DNA of 63,734 nucleotides, the filler included, from Craspedostauros australis (taxonomy: Eukaryota): the NCBI GenBank assembly GCA_030167865.1. It is 11 parts of 11 records of this genome, joined end to end, with 100 filler letters (N's around TTAATTAATTAA, not from the genome) between each part and the next. Parts side by side here need not be neighbours in the genome. Positions count along the whole stretch, not along the records: positions 35,337 to 36,816 come from JALAGF010003033.1; positions 36,917 to 46,307 come from JALAGF010003034.1; positions 46,408 to 51,882 come from JALAGF010003036.1; 8 more parts are not named here. One strand, given 5' to 3'. The notes under the pieces were generated by a model. It was not told the DNA's origin, made no database searches, and saw nothing but the letters and a program-made list of their open reading frames with translations. Both the position numbers and the translations under genes were made by a program. Of this stretch, positions 35,237-47,704 are shown piece after piece. Within the stretch, counting starts at the first letter, position 1, and each line of letters begins with the position of its first letter.

Positions 35237-35639
35237 NNNNNNNNNNNNNNNNNNNNNNNNNNNNNNNNNNNNNNNNNNNNTTAATTAATTAANNNNNNNN
35301 NNNNNNNNNNNNNNNNNNNNNNNNNNNNNNNNNNNNTTTTCGTTTGCGGTTTGAGCTCCACCGTGCTTGCCTGTAGATCTCTACCACCAGCGCCCCCTAC
35401 TGTACTGCTTGCATGCACTGACCCATGGAAGTACCCACACTTCTGGATTCTCCGCGCACTGGCAGTTTATGGCTGTCACCACCAGTTGTCCCAGTACATG
35501 ACCTATTTGCTTGCAGGGGAGGATCCCAAAACATGGATGACAACAAACAAAAGNNNNNNNNNNNNGACAAAGAAATTGCGCCATACATTGCAGGAAGAGG
35601 ATACAAGTAACAAAATAAATCACCCACTGATTAACCGCT

Positions 35640-36816
35640 CCTTATCTACGGCTGCATCGATGGCACTTTTTTCCACCTCCTTTCAACTTTGCGTGGCACG
35701 CGAAGGGGGCACGGACTCGGGTCTGTTGCGTTCCTTAATTTTGTGCCGACGCCTGCGTTGACCGCCCCTGTGCAGTCCGGAAGCTATTGGCCACGGCCAC
35801 CTTCATCCACTTGTACAATGGCCCACCAGCAACAGGTCACCTGTAGTATGGCTGCTGCCTACTCCATCCATACCGCCAGACCTGATGCGGGACCTTGGCA
35901 GCCTGGATACGTAGATTTGGCATGGCTGTGTGTGTTGTTGTCATGGCCAACATCATGGATCCTTCCACAGAGGCTTGATTCATATGCATATCTTCATTGT
36001 TCGAGAACCATTGATTCCATGTGGCACGCCATATTCTCTGTATACCCTCTGTGGCCCATTTGGCATTCGGTTGGCGGGATCCTTGCAAAGCGAGGAAGGG
36101 CGCCTGCAATTCCACCCACTTCGTGCTTAATAGTCCAAACCGTAGTGCCTGCGCTCCCACCGCTAGCTGTCATTGTGTGGTGTCCTTTATGTCTGGTGCT
36201 TTGTCCAGGGCCAGGAGGTATGCACTGCTGTCAGCATGACTGTGTAGCAGAGATGTTACTGTCCTTGCCAGCTGTGGGTTGGTGGGGTACTTCAGCATCC
36301 ATTTCCGCAGGCATTGCACTCCTTGTTGCGCGATTTGGCGCCGACTGTCGGCCTTGCAGGTCCAAAAGTGTTCCACGGTTTCTTCGTGGCCGCAGCCAGG
36401 GCACACATGGGACAGACAGTGACCCCACTGGCGCATGCGCTTCCCAAATGCAACCTCGCCTGCCACCAATGTAAAGTCATCATGGCCTTCGTTCGTCCCA
36501 GACCTCCGATTGCCCTATCCACCGCCGTCCACTCGATTTGCTTTGCATCGCGTATCACTTTCCTCTGCCAGAGTATGTCAAGATTGTCGCAGGCCAGACT
36601 TTCCTCCGCGATATGAGAACATCGCACAGAGATTATCTTGGTGCCCCACCTGAGGGACACCCTTTTTCCAGCTATGATCCCGTCATGCGGCACTCGACCT
36701 TGCGTGGTGCGCTGGCACACTCCCACCAGTTCATCGGCTTCCACATTGAGCCGTTCCAACTCATCCAGATCTTCCCATGCCTTGCCATCATCCTGATGCT
36801 CTTTGACATAGACGCC
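35640..36816 (-). mobile_element. Degenerate non-LTR retrotransposon 3' region (end of RNase H and Cys/His zinc motif)
   Basis: Frameshifted pieces LNVEADELVG, CPGCGHEETVEHFWTC, and GLLSTKWVELQ...IWRATWNQW, homologous to 44711-45924. Confidence 0.8.
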
Positions 36817-38674
36817 NNNNNNNNNNNNNNNNNNNNNNNNNNNNNNNNNNNNNNNNNNNNTTAATTAATTAANNNNNNNNNNNNNNNNNNNNNNNNNNNN
36901 NNNNNNNNNNNNNNNNCTTGGAAATGGCAACATCGACACCGCGATGATTGCACGTACGGAGACTCAACGCTCCACTATACTACTACTAATAGAGATGTTG
37001 CAGATCCAACTATAATGGATGCTGCACATCACATGCTCACAATCCAATTGAAAGTCTCATTTGGATTCGTACAGCTCTAAAGACTAAGACACACTCTTGC
37101 AATCAAACTCACCAACCTACTGCACTACCACGGATTGATCACCCTTCGGCGTTCAGTAAGTTCACCTCGTTTTCATTATCGTTTTATCAACCATCGTCAA
37201 CACTCTGTACCAACACACAAGGAATACAAGTATGGTTGAAGGGCAATGGTGGATCTGGAGCTTCATCTCCTTGCACTCCCACTGCGGGCCAAATTCTCAT
37301 CCTACATGATGTCAATGGGCAAAGGGCAGTGAAAAGCAGTTGGCAATGCACAACAAGCTGCAAACGCTGTGAATCAGGACAACAACAGCCTCAACAACAC
37401 TGACATCACAGCGGCAAGGACAATGCTCAGTGAGTTGGTGCATTCAGAGCCTTGTGGATGGCTGAGCATTGAGCCTGTGGAATGAACATCACAGTAGTCT
37501 TCAGAAGTTGTATATTTGGCTGATGGTCAATAGCAGAGCATCTGGCTGGAAGCAACTGATGGGCAGAGAGCACAGCATACAGTACAGATCTCATCAATGT
37601 ATGTCGCAACAGACAGAGAGCACCACATCCCGTCGAAAGCATGAAAGGCAACATCCGGCAGACACCAACACACATACTAATCACCGGCACCACACAGAAT
37701 GCAGAGTGCAGACTGCTTCCTGAAACAACCAACTGATGAGAAGACTGCATTTAGCAAGATCCAGGAATATTGTTATTGATCAACAAGTAGTAGGCAGTTT
37801 CCAGAAGAAGCAACAGGGCTTCCAACCACAGCCAATGAATTCATACACAGCTCATTATCAAGAAGAGTATCTGGCTTCAACCAGGTACTAGTGGGTTAGT
37901 AGTGAGCACCACCACATGACATTTGGCAACCAGTAGTGAAGCAATGAAGNACATTCAGAACGAGGAGCATCCAACCACAACCAAATTCACAGAGAAGATC
38001 CAACAGGAAGCAACCAGCAGCAGAAAAGGATCAAGCATCAAATATACTGCAAAGTAATTGGCAACAATCAAGAAACTACAAATCCCCAACACCAGAGTAC
38101 CCAACAAAGAGCATAGTACATGAAGCAAAGTATCTCAAAATGATCAACAGATCACTCTGCATCATTTGGCAGAGAGCAGAGCCCACAGGTCACAGCTGCA
38201 GAGCCTGCAGGGTACATAACAGAGAACACCCAACTGAGTTCTGTTGGCTGCAACCAACGAATCAGCAGAGTATTTGGCAACAATCACTTGTTCCAGTTTG
38301 ATTTGTCATCACCTACATCAATGCCACTCATTGATCATTGTGCTCTAATTGATGTTGCTCCTCTGGCATCCCACGGAATGCTGTCTGATGCGGATGCGCA
38401 CCCGCACACACTACAGATTCTGCGTGGCTCAAATGTCAAACAGCATGAGCATCGTACGATCTACAATTCCATCCACAAAATCCATTCCAAACTGTCACCG
38501 CTCCCAAATGCACGAACAAACCAACACAAACGAACGCAAATGAATGGGCAGACAAGTGATCACTCCGCACAACAAACAAAATCCACAATTCAGCAGCGCA
38601 AATCAACCAACAGACAAACAGCCGAATCCACGAATGGCAGAACACACAGAATGGACAAACTGCTGCACCAATAG

Positions 38675-40030
38675 ATGCCAACCAAACATACGATACCGCT
38701 CTTCGCATCTGAAGATCTTTTGCAGCAATGGTCAACTACTGTGCTCATCGGCCAGTCCCCCACAGCCGTCAATGCCATCAATGCCATCAACAACCGACCA
38801 AATCCTCCTGCATGTCCAGCGAGAAATGATGGAATGCATGGTACCATCAATGTGTCGAAGCCATCATGTCATACCAAAGGATATCCACTGTGGCTAAATC
38901 ACAAAGATCATCTGTGCCTGTGTTGTCCTCGAGAGTCCGTACCATGCCTTCCACACCACTGCCACTGTCGCACACATGAAAGGATTCTCTGAGAACATGA
39001 TCATGGGATGTGTGGAGTGCGCAGGGTAACTCCTCGAGGAGCTCTGCAATGGCCATGCTGACAAGCAGTTCATGAAGAATGTTGCCAAGGACCCAGGCAT
39101 CCTTGTCTGCATCATCAGGTTGATTTGCGCCAACCTGGATGAAGTTCTTGTCTTCTCATCCATCCAATCGTGGAGGTCATGTGCTTCCAGTACATGCGCT
39201 GGCTTGGAGGTAAGTGTTGACGCACAACCGCAGTCGCAGCAACCCATCACCATCACTGCAGCAATTGCCCATCATGTGTTTGTGTGCTGCACTTCAAACA
39301 CTTGCACACCAACACAATCACACCCATTCTCTCCTTCTCCTTTTCTCTTCATCCATACTATTCATCCACTCCACATCATCCTGATGGAACCAAATGCAAT
39401 GCAATACACAATCGCAGGGCTTCCAGACAACCTCCAGTTCCTTGTCGCCACAGTCATGCAGCACGCAACTCACCGCACTCTTCACGCAGCACACAGTACA
39501 CAGGCCTACTCATAAGAACTACTTTGCCTCAATCAATACCAGCTTCTGTCCATATGCTGGCATCAACCCAACTGTTGCTACAATCATGCGCAAGCCAGGC
39601 GTTGATACCACCATGAACCTCATCGATTTCGCCCACTTTGCGGGAGTATCCTTTCAGAACATGGAAGAGCCACCAGATGCAGCGTTCCACATGCTGAGAG
39701 CAGAATGAAGTGAGCTACTCCCGAGTGCAAAGAGAATCAGCAGAAGAAGATCGCCATTGCCACCTTCTCCTTCCCATCCTGCAAGATCAACGTTGATACT
39801 GCCACCTCCTTCAACACCTTCAACGTGGCCAAGGCTATCCTGCAACAGCTCAAGAGCAAGGGATGCGATGTCAGTGGTGGCAACAACATTGACAAAGCCA
39901 CCAAGGAGGATATGCTGAAGGCCATCCTGAAGGATATCGTCAACAACATCATCAACACTCTGGAAGCAATGCTCTCCTTTCCAGAGCTCAATTTTCCCAC
40001 CACAGGGATCCAGGCAAGTACTATTCATGA
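38675..40030 (+). pseudogene. Decayed coding sequence of unknown family
   Basis: Protein-like segments switch between frames with internal stops (e.g. VAKAILQQLKSKGCDVSGGNNIDKATKEDMLKAILKDIV) in CpG-poor DNA. Confidence 0.35.
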
Positions 40031-42411
40031 TGATGTTTTGAATGCAAGCAAGATCCCAACTGCCTCCTCTTTACCAATTCCGTCAACACTGCTAGCCTAC
40101 ATCACAGACTCATGGCCTACCCGTACCCATCACCCAATTCTCTGTTGAAATTCCCTGTTGTCCCAAAAGGAACATGCTCCTGTAACGCTCAGGAGTGATG
40201 ATCCTACACTTGCCATGTTGAAAGTGAGGGGGATTTTGTTATTTCTGTCCTCTGTTCTGGTCCAGTCCTGTACGATCAGGAATTTCTGATGTCACACATT
40301 TCGACAAGGGTCGTCAGGTTTTGCAGATGAATAACTGCCCTTTGCTGTGCGCGGTAATGTGGCACTTGAGTTACCCTCTCCTGTTTGCACATGTTTAGAC
40401 CTCTCCTGTTGAGTTGCAAGCACCGAGTCCCAGAGTTCAATGTTTGGATGACCAACTGGGGATGAATACAATGTGAATGACCAAGTTGTGGACTTGCTCA
40501 TTGCTCAGATCAACGTCCCAGAACTTGGCACTTGTGAACTATTGTAGAGATTGTCAGCAATGTCCTCCATCACCTCTTCCTTGACTTGGTCCACTGTTGT
40601 TTATTTGACGTTATTGCCTTCTATGTTTTGGGTTGGTGTGTTGCTGCCATGGGACTGTGCACGGACACCAGAACCAGACCACCATCATTGCAGTTGGCAA
40701 AGCTGACCCCAATGGGCAAGGATGAGGGTGGTGCTAGTGCAACAGACATCAATGAGATGAATCTGGAGGCAGTGGATGGTTGCTGCAAGAATAGCAAAGG
40801 TGGAGCTGAAGGGGAAGGTCCCAGCATGGGGCCTTGAATCACCATGGTCATGGGAGGGAGAAGCTTGTTGGCCATGTTCGAGAATGTATGTGAGTTGGGC
40901 ACATGAGTTGTCCTGGTCAAGGTGGGGAAAGACAGCCATGGATACAGTTCTGGCTGCCTCTGTTATCATCCTGGTTTGGATCATTGTCTTGCTGGCTTCT
41001 GTATTCTGGACATTCACTCTTTGTTGGTTGCTTGTGGTTGGCTCCTGAATTTGGTTTTTGGTGTTGATGGGTAGGCTGTCTCAATGCTTGATGGGTGGAT
41101 TTGTGGGTATGGTGGGTATTGCCCTGAAGGGATTGCTGTTGGAGTCACGATGGAGCTGCAATGAATTTGTCTCTGCTGAGAGGGAAGGGAATGGCGTTTT
41201 CCAGCCCCTGGACGCCCGGGTGACCACGGGTAACCCCCAAGTGTAAGTGTTGGTAGGCAGATACATTCAGAGGCCATTCAGATAGTGGTGGGAGAGCAGA
41301 GTAGTTTGGGACATCAGCATTTCCTTCAGTTGGTTCTCTCTTGGGTTTACTCACACTTGGGAGTTCGGACTGCCCTCCTGAGCATGTTCGGGCGTTTGGG
41401 TGAATGTGTTGATGTTTGTGCTTGCGAGTGTGTGATTTTGGATGTGGTGATGTGTACAATCTGCGTCATTTGTTGACATGAATGATCACAACATGACTTA
41501 GTCGGAGGGGTGAGCAATCGCTTGGACATGCACAAACTACACAGGAACAAGAATCCACAAAAAAATCATACTCGTTCCCATTCAGCAGCGCAGGTGAATG
41601 CATGTGCTACGTTAGTATGGCAAGATAACAGTTGGCAAACAATCCAGATCTATTCTACACAGAAAATCAAAATCATGCAGAGTAGAATAGTAGGGTGCGA
41701 GTCGAGCCTGCAGCGCACATGATGTTGTGACGAATGTAGAAGAGTATGATACGAGATCGCTCAGCAAAAACGTGCGGTGCAAAAAGGAAGAAAAAGCGAG
41801 AATCGAACCGAAGCAAAATAATATCGCAAGTGTCCTCTCACAGTGACCACAATGCATTGCTGCAGCAGAGCATACAAACTTCAAATACCGTCGATTGCAT
41901 TCGCACGCCGCAACCAGTGTCGCAAACACACACTTCGAGATGGATTGGCAAACGCACGCTTCTGTAACCAAAACACACGCGAAAATCAGCTCTGATCTGA
42001 ACCAGGTGGAATGAAGACGTCAATTCGAACGTCTGTCCAACCACACGCAACTTTGGCCATGTCACGCACCACGGATCATGTGACATCACACCGTACTTAA
42101 GAACGACGTCATGGCAGGTTCGACTCCGATTAACGTCTGTAACGTTCAAATGAGCACACATTCTTGTCCCAAATCAAGCTTCCCACCAAGCAAAACACAA
42201 AGAAAGCGAAAATCAGATAGAAATGGGTTCCACGTGTCGTGACATTATCCCCCCACAATTCAAAGTCTGTCCGCTTGCACTTTATTTTGCCTCTAAAACA
42301 GTAAACTGCCACCCTTATAATTTTATAACTAAGACCTGGACTCACCATCTAACACCTGAATCATGTTAACAGTATGATAAAGTATATAAATGTAGGTTGC
42401 GTTTTCTATGA

Positions 42412-44464
42412 GGGGCCGTACAAGCTTGGGCCAAAATGCAGTCTGGATGGACCGCACCGCTTTTCGCTCACACGGGTCGTATACAGTTGCTCACAGGTGC
42501 AACTCCTTAAAACGCAGATCCAGACTGGAGTCATCCGACCCAAGTGGACCGCAAAAGAGTGTTGAAATGTCCGGGTGCTGTAGACTTGTTGGTAAAAGTA
42601 GACTGTTTCTGTTGAGGGTTGGTAACCTTTTCTCTGTCAGTTTTATGAGCTATTCTATTTCCGATTCTGCTCTCTCTCTCTGCTGCTCTGCTCATCGTGA
42701 TCTCGTGTTGTACATCAGCCACTCTGCTGATCTTATCTTGTGTATCCATGTTGCTTCCGTCTATGGAGCAATCCCATTCGTACTCGGAACCATTGGCGCA
42801 TTCATCTGTCATTCCATCTTGCTCACAGATTGCAATGTTGATGTTCCGAATCTGAACACATAAGGACACACATGGGGAGTCCTCCAATGTCAAGGTGTTT
42901 GCAAGTGTCATGTTCAATCTTGCATTCTGCACACTGGGGTAAAGTATTGAGACCACTACATTCGGTCACAGTTTCGGTCGTGGTACAGACACACGATTCA
43001 TCTGACCTCCGTGAGTTTTCAGTCTCGATTCGAGTCCCGCCTTCGCCTGGTCGGTGACGTCATGCCAAATCTCGACAAAAGAGGTGTGGAACAACTCCGA
43101 AGTCGCACACCAATTCATCCCAACCGAATTTGCACGGAATCTGTCGAATCTGCGTGCGAAGGTCAGACAGGAGCAAAGTAAGTACCTTGGATCCATGACG
43201 TATGCAATCATGATTTGCTCGACTACTGTGTGCGTGACTCATACAACGTGACTCAATTTTTTACTCGTGATTGGGTTTTTCAGTCCAGAGAGACGCCAAC
43301 GAATCTCCAACCGTGTCGGAGCTTGCTGCGAACGTGAAATCGATTCGAGAAGCTTCTCGAATGGTCCGGAACGACACCAACCTGACGAACCTAGACAACA
43401 ACAACAACAACAACGCAACAACGCAGCCACCACCACCATCGCAACAAACAAACACCATGAAACACCCTCCTTCACCACCAGTCGCCACCACTGACGCCGA
43501 TGTCATGAAGTGGCTCGACGCAAACAACAACCACGCTCTGCCCGTCACGCGCACATTCTACCGCAACGCGAATGGCGAGCGTATCATCGACCTCACCTTC
43601 GAACTCACTGGTGGCACTTGCCACAAAGACCTTCGTGTGCATGTTGCGCCTGGGGGCATGTCTGTTGTGCTTGAAGTTGCACAAAATGCTGCTCTCGCAA
43701 ACATCGAACGTGTTCACAACCATTTGCGCGATGAGTTTACGGTTGCGAACGGTCTTTGGGTGTCGCCCTTCAACGACAAAAAGGCGCGTGCGGATGCAAG
43801 CATGAAATCATTGTCGCGTATGAAACAGCGCGATGGAGCACCAGTGCGCACACAGACTGTCGATTTGCCGTTCGCTGTGACAAATCGATGGGAACGCGCT
43901 GACGATCGCGTTCTCAACGGAATTAACTACCTTGAACTTGAAGTTCCAACGAACGATAAAGAAGCATTGGTGCGGGCGCCTGTGCTGATCGTCCGTGTTG
44001 TTGAGCAAAACAGTTCTCATCCCATCGTTTCTATCGTTCCGAAAGCTCGTTCTCCACATAATCGCCCCGTGTTCGCTGGCTTGTCGCGGGTTGGGGCGAC
44101 TAAGCCCCAATTCCGTGTTGACATCAACACGCGTCATACATGTCTGCCCTCACGTTGCGATGACTCCAGCATCGGTACTGGGACATTCCTTCAAGCGAAA
44201 ACGTACAAGAAGCCAGCCGCGACAGAGGTAAGTCAAAGCACAATGACCCGATGACTTTCACGATCACCCACGATTCGATGGGTGACAAAAGCACACGGAC
44301 TAACACACGCAACTTTCTTCCACTTTGCCAACTTCTTCTTCCAACAGCACGGTGTGTTTGGGAAGGCTTTTCCCGAGGGTCCGGACGTGGTGAGCCTGTC
44401 CGGAAAAAGCCTGAGTGCCACCAGCAGCCGCTTTGCTGCATCCAACAGCAAACACTCCAAATAA
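42412..44464. mobile_element. Possible internally deleted PIF/Harbinger-like element
   Basis: TIR-like start GGGGCCGTAC after TGA. Minus-strand remnant (LCVQIRNI...EQDGMTDECANG...EWD) resembles a transposase C-terminus. A divergent spliced gene lies on the plus strand. No second TIR was found. Confidence 0.3.
43023..44464 (+). CDS. Spliced hypothetical protein, 5' end unresolved (exons 43023-43177, 43284-44227, 44348-44464)
   Basis: Two GTAAGT donors and pyrimidine-CAG acceptors are phase-compatible, with a CTAAC branch site near 44300. Small helical domain (EVWNNSEVAHQFIPTEFARNLSNLR) precedes a beta-rich domain (IIDLTFELTGG...LRVHVAPGGMSVVLEV). Confidence 0.55.
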
Positions 44465-45930
44465 ATAAATAACGCAAGGATTAGATTACCACTGTGGCAT
44501 CTGCGCCGTAGGTGCTTTTCTCTGCCTCCTTTAATCTTCCTGCCAGGCGGGAAGAGAGCACGGAATCTACGTTGCTGTTTGTATATGTATGCTGGCTCCA
44601 TTGTGCAGGTTGCCGCGTCGCCGTTAGCCGTCCGGGTGGGCTGGTTGAACTTGCTGCTTGTACCGTAGCCAGCGACTCAGCGTGCCGTGGGCAGCTGGCT
44701 TGCCTAGCAATCAAGCAGCCTGTTCTAGCCACACTGCGGTTTGCGGCACTGACGCGCTTGCTCCTGGGGAGGTGCTGATGATTCGTTGGTTGCTGACTGG
44801 GGATCCCTCAAGGCGATGCCGGATTGAAGCCACGCGTGTTCGCAGCACTTGCTCCATTTCGGCGTCGGCCGAGTCATCTTGATGAAATAACGCCTCGTTG
44901 CGTATCTGCCATTGTTCCCATGCTATTTTCCATATGCGTCGAACCAACTGTATAGACCACTTTTTGGCCGTCTTTCTTGTATCCTGTTGCGCCAAGAAGG
45001 CGTTTTGCAGCTCTCGCCATGTGGTGGACAGCAAGCCCTTCCGAAGGGCCATGCGTCCCACTGATGCTTGACTCTGAGTCGCCGCTTGCATTCCGACACT
45101 CATGTCTGCTGACTGCAATAGAACTGTTCCTCTGATTTGACTGCGTAGCGTCGAGACGATGGCGTGCGAGACCCCCGGGCTGGTGGGGTATCGCTGCATC
45201 CAACTCCGGATATCCTTGACATGCCGGCTGGCCGCCTGGACTCGGACGGGGTCCTTGCATTCCCAGAAGTGAGCGCTGCTCTCCGGTTCCCCACAATTGG
45301 GACACTTATTGGAGTCGCGCAGGCCCCACCGCTTCATGCGTTGGCCTGTTGCTGCCTCTCCTGTCACTAGTTTGAAAGTGAGAATGCGCTTGGCGTGTTC
45401 CAGAGACCGGAGACCTCCTGCCACCGCATCCCAAAGGACTTGATCCCCTTGGTTGATGACTTTCCGCTCCGCCAAAGTAACGATTGCAGAGCTTGCGGTG
45501 GTCGCTCCAAAGATGCTGTCATATCGAATCGACGTCAACTTCGACCTGCCATGAATGGACACTCGCTCGCCATGTATAGCTCCGCTATAGACGCACTCCT
45601 CCGAAAGAGACGTGCGCGCCGAGCCTGCGAGCTTGTCCGCCTCGACGTTGAGAAGGCCCAGTCGTCGAGAACGGCCCATTCTGTCGTTGCGTCCTGATGC
45701 CCTTTGACATGCTTGCCTGTTACGGTAACTGGGAGACTCTGACTGAGGTTTCGAACCGCTCTCTGCAAATCGGCGTCCGAGGATCGCGGGGACAGATGCC
45801 ATGCACCGTCGAGCGCCTTGAGCGCGCCGACGTTATCGCACCCTAGTATCATCGAGCCTTGCGTCACTTGGCATGCATTGCAGATGGCCTCTGTCGGAAT
45901 GTGTGTACTCGGATGTGTATGCATCAGTCA
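44465..45930 (-). mobile_element. Non-LTR retrotransposon 3' fragment (RNase H, zinc motif, 3' UTR), frameshifted
   Basis: ILGCDNVGAL, DADLQRAV, HVKGHQD, then after a frameshift LNVEADKLAG, CPNCGEPESSAHFWEC, IWKIAWEQWQIRNEAL. Confidence 0.85.
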
Positions 45931-46414
45931 CACTTGCTTGCCGCCATCTAGACTATTCGGTGGCGGAATCACGACACAAAACTATGACGTCACAGCGATA
46001 CCATCGCTATACCACGAAGACACCGCGATACTACGACGCCACGATACCGCGATACCAGCGGATACCACAGTATCCATCACACGTGACGTCACATCGAGAC
46101 CTTAACTACCAGGTCTACAGGAATGAAATATGTTGTGAATATTCCGTCAGATTCGATCAATCATCAGATTCAACAAAACCCGAGAATGGAACAACGACGA
46201 GACAACGAGAGAGAAACGACGAGGTTGACGATCAAGTCAACATCAACGAGCAACATGAGAGCAATGTGCATGGAGGTGCAAGAGGATTGCACCAAGCAAT
46301 GAGAGCANNNNNNNNNNNNNNNNNNNNNNNNNNNNNNNNNNNNNNNNNNNNTTAATTAATTAANNNNNNNNNNNNNNNNNNNNNNNNNNNNNNNNNNNNN
46401 NNNNNNNGCCAAGT

Positions 46415-46632
46415 TGTGTGGCATCGTTTCTTCACCCTACTAACACCAATAAGCTAACTCATAATAACGGACTAGGATTAGCTACAAAGCACTCTACTTC
46501 TCATCGTNACAAGTTATAACTATTCAAACAGCACACCTCTCTTGAACTGCATCACACGGCTATCCCGAAGCCGGCAGATTCACGAGGCATTCTCCACCGA
46601 TTCGCGACGCCTACGCACGAATCCTAACTACA
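46415..46632 (-). mobile_element. Possible LTR followed by the start of a primer-binding site
   Basis: Minus strand runs TGTAG...CCACACA (218 bp, TGT..ACA ends), then ACTTGGC and the gap. Only one copy is visible. Confidence 0.3.
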
Positions 46633-47704
46633 ACTCTGTTTTTGGCCGACCCTGGCATCTTCAGAGGAAGCAAACAGCTTAAGCGAACACATGCGCAGCG
46701 TATCAATAATGTCAACGGAAGCTTAAGTGGATTTGTCATCGCGCGTCATCAGGAGAAGCACGCGTCTGTCACGCATTTTCGGAGGCGCCAAGCACAGCCC
46801 TCCGTTCATCTGAAGCAGAAAAGAGCCGGCAAAATGTCACGCCACCAAAGCAACGTGTCCGATTGGCCAGATGGGAGAAGTTGGGCGTGGGCGGACCAAG
46901 TGGATTCAGTCGGGCGCGTTCGCGAAAGACCACAAATACGAGCTACTGGTGTGAATGTAGGTAGAACATAGGTGGTACCTGATCTACTAGTGTGGTGCGA
47001 GCTGCTCGTATCCATAGTGCTGCAGCGCGTAGATGGATGGACGAGCCACTCCAACTAGAATGCAAAGCCAAATTCACGGTGAGCAAGCACTGTATGGCAC
47101 AGCGCTCCATGTCGTTGCGTCATGCTATACTTACTCGTACGATCCTAGCCAAGTGATCGAAGGCTCTCTCTAAACCTGGATCACTGGCTCCGCGTTGTCG
47201 ATGCGTCATCAAATATACTATTTTAATACATGACATTGTGTGTGTGTGGACATGCAGTATACGTAATAAGGATATAGTAGAGGACATACACGAGCGTGAG
47301 CAATATACCGCGCCAATGACATTGTACTCGTATGGTAGAGATCTTTGGTACCATATGTCGAGTGAGTAATGCAAATGTGCCTGCTCTGTGCCTCCTCTCC
47401 ATCTGCTGTCCATGTTCATCAGTAATGGTGGAGTTGGTACGAGCGAAATAGGTTTGGTGGCACAGTTACGAATAGAACAAAGGAGAGCAAAGGTCCACCT
47501 TCCTCTGTCGTACAATACATGCTGTAATACCGCAATAGAGTAGCTCAGAAAACAGTCACACGCAGAGTATACTAAGACTGATGTGACTATGATGACTCGC
47601 ACTAATCCTTACTGGACGCATCCTACTGGGTTGATCGAAACCCATGAGGTATACGCATGGTACTCATTGGTCCTCCTGCTGACTGAGAAGCTGCCTGAGT
47701 CGAC

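Noticed and set aside
36996..37202. TGTTG...CAACA segment as a solo LTR
   Set aside because: No target-site duplication (AGAGA versus CTCTG), no PBS or PPT, and no second copy in the window.
42117..42127. GGTTCGACTCC B-box suggesting a tRNA or SINE
   Set aside because: No T-stem, acceptor stem or convincing A-box.
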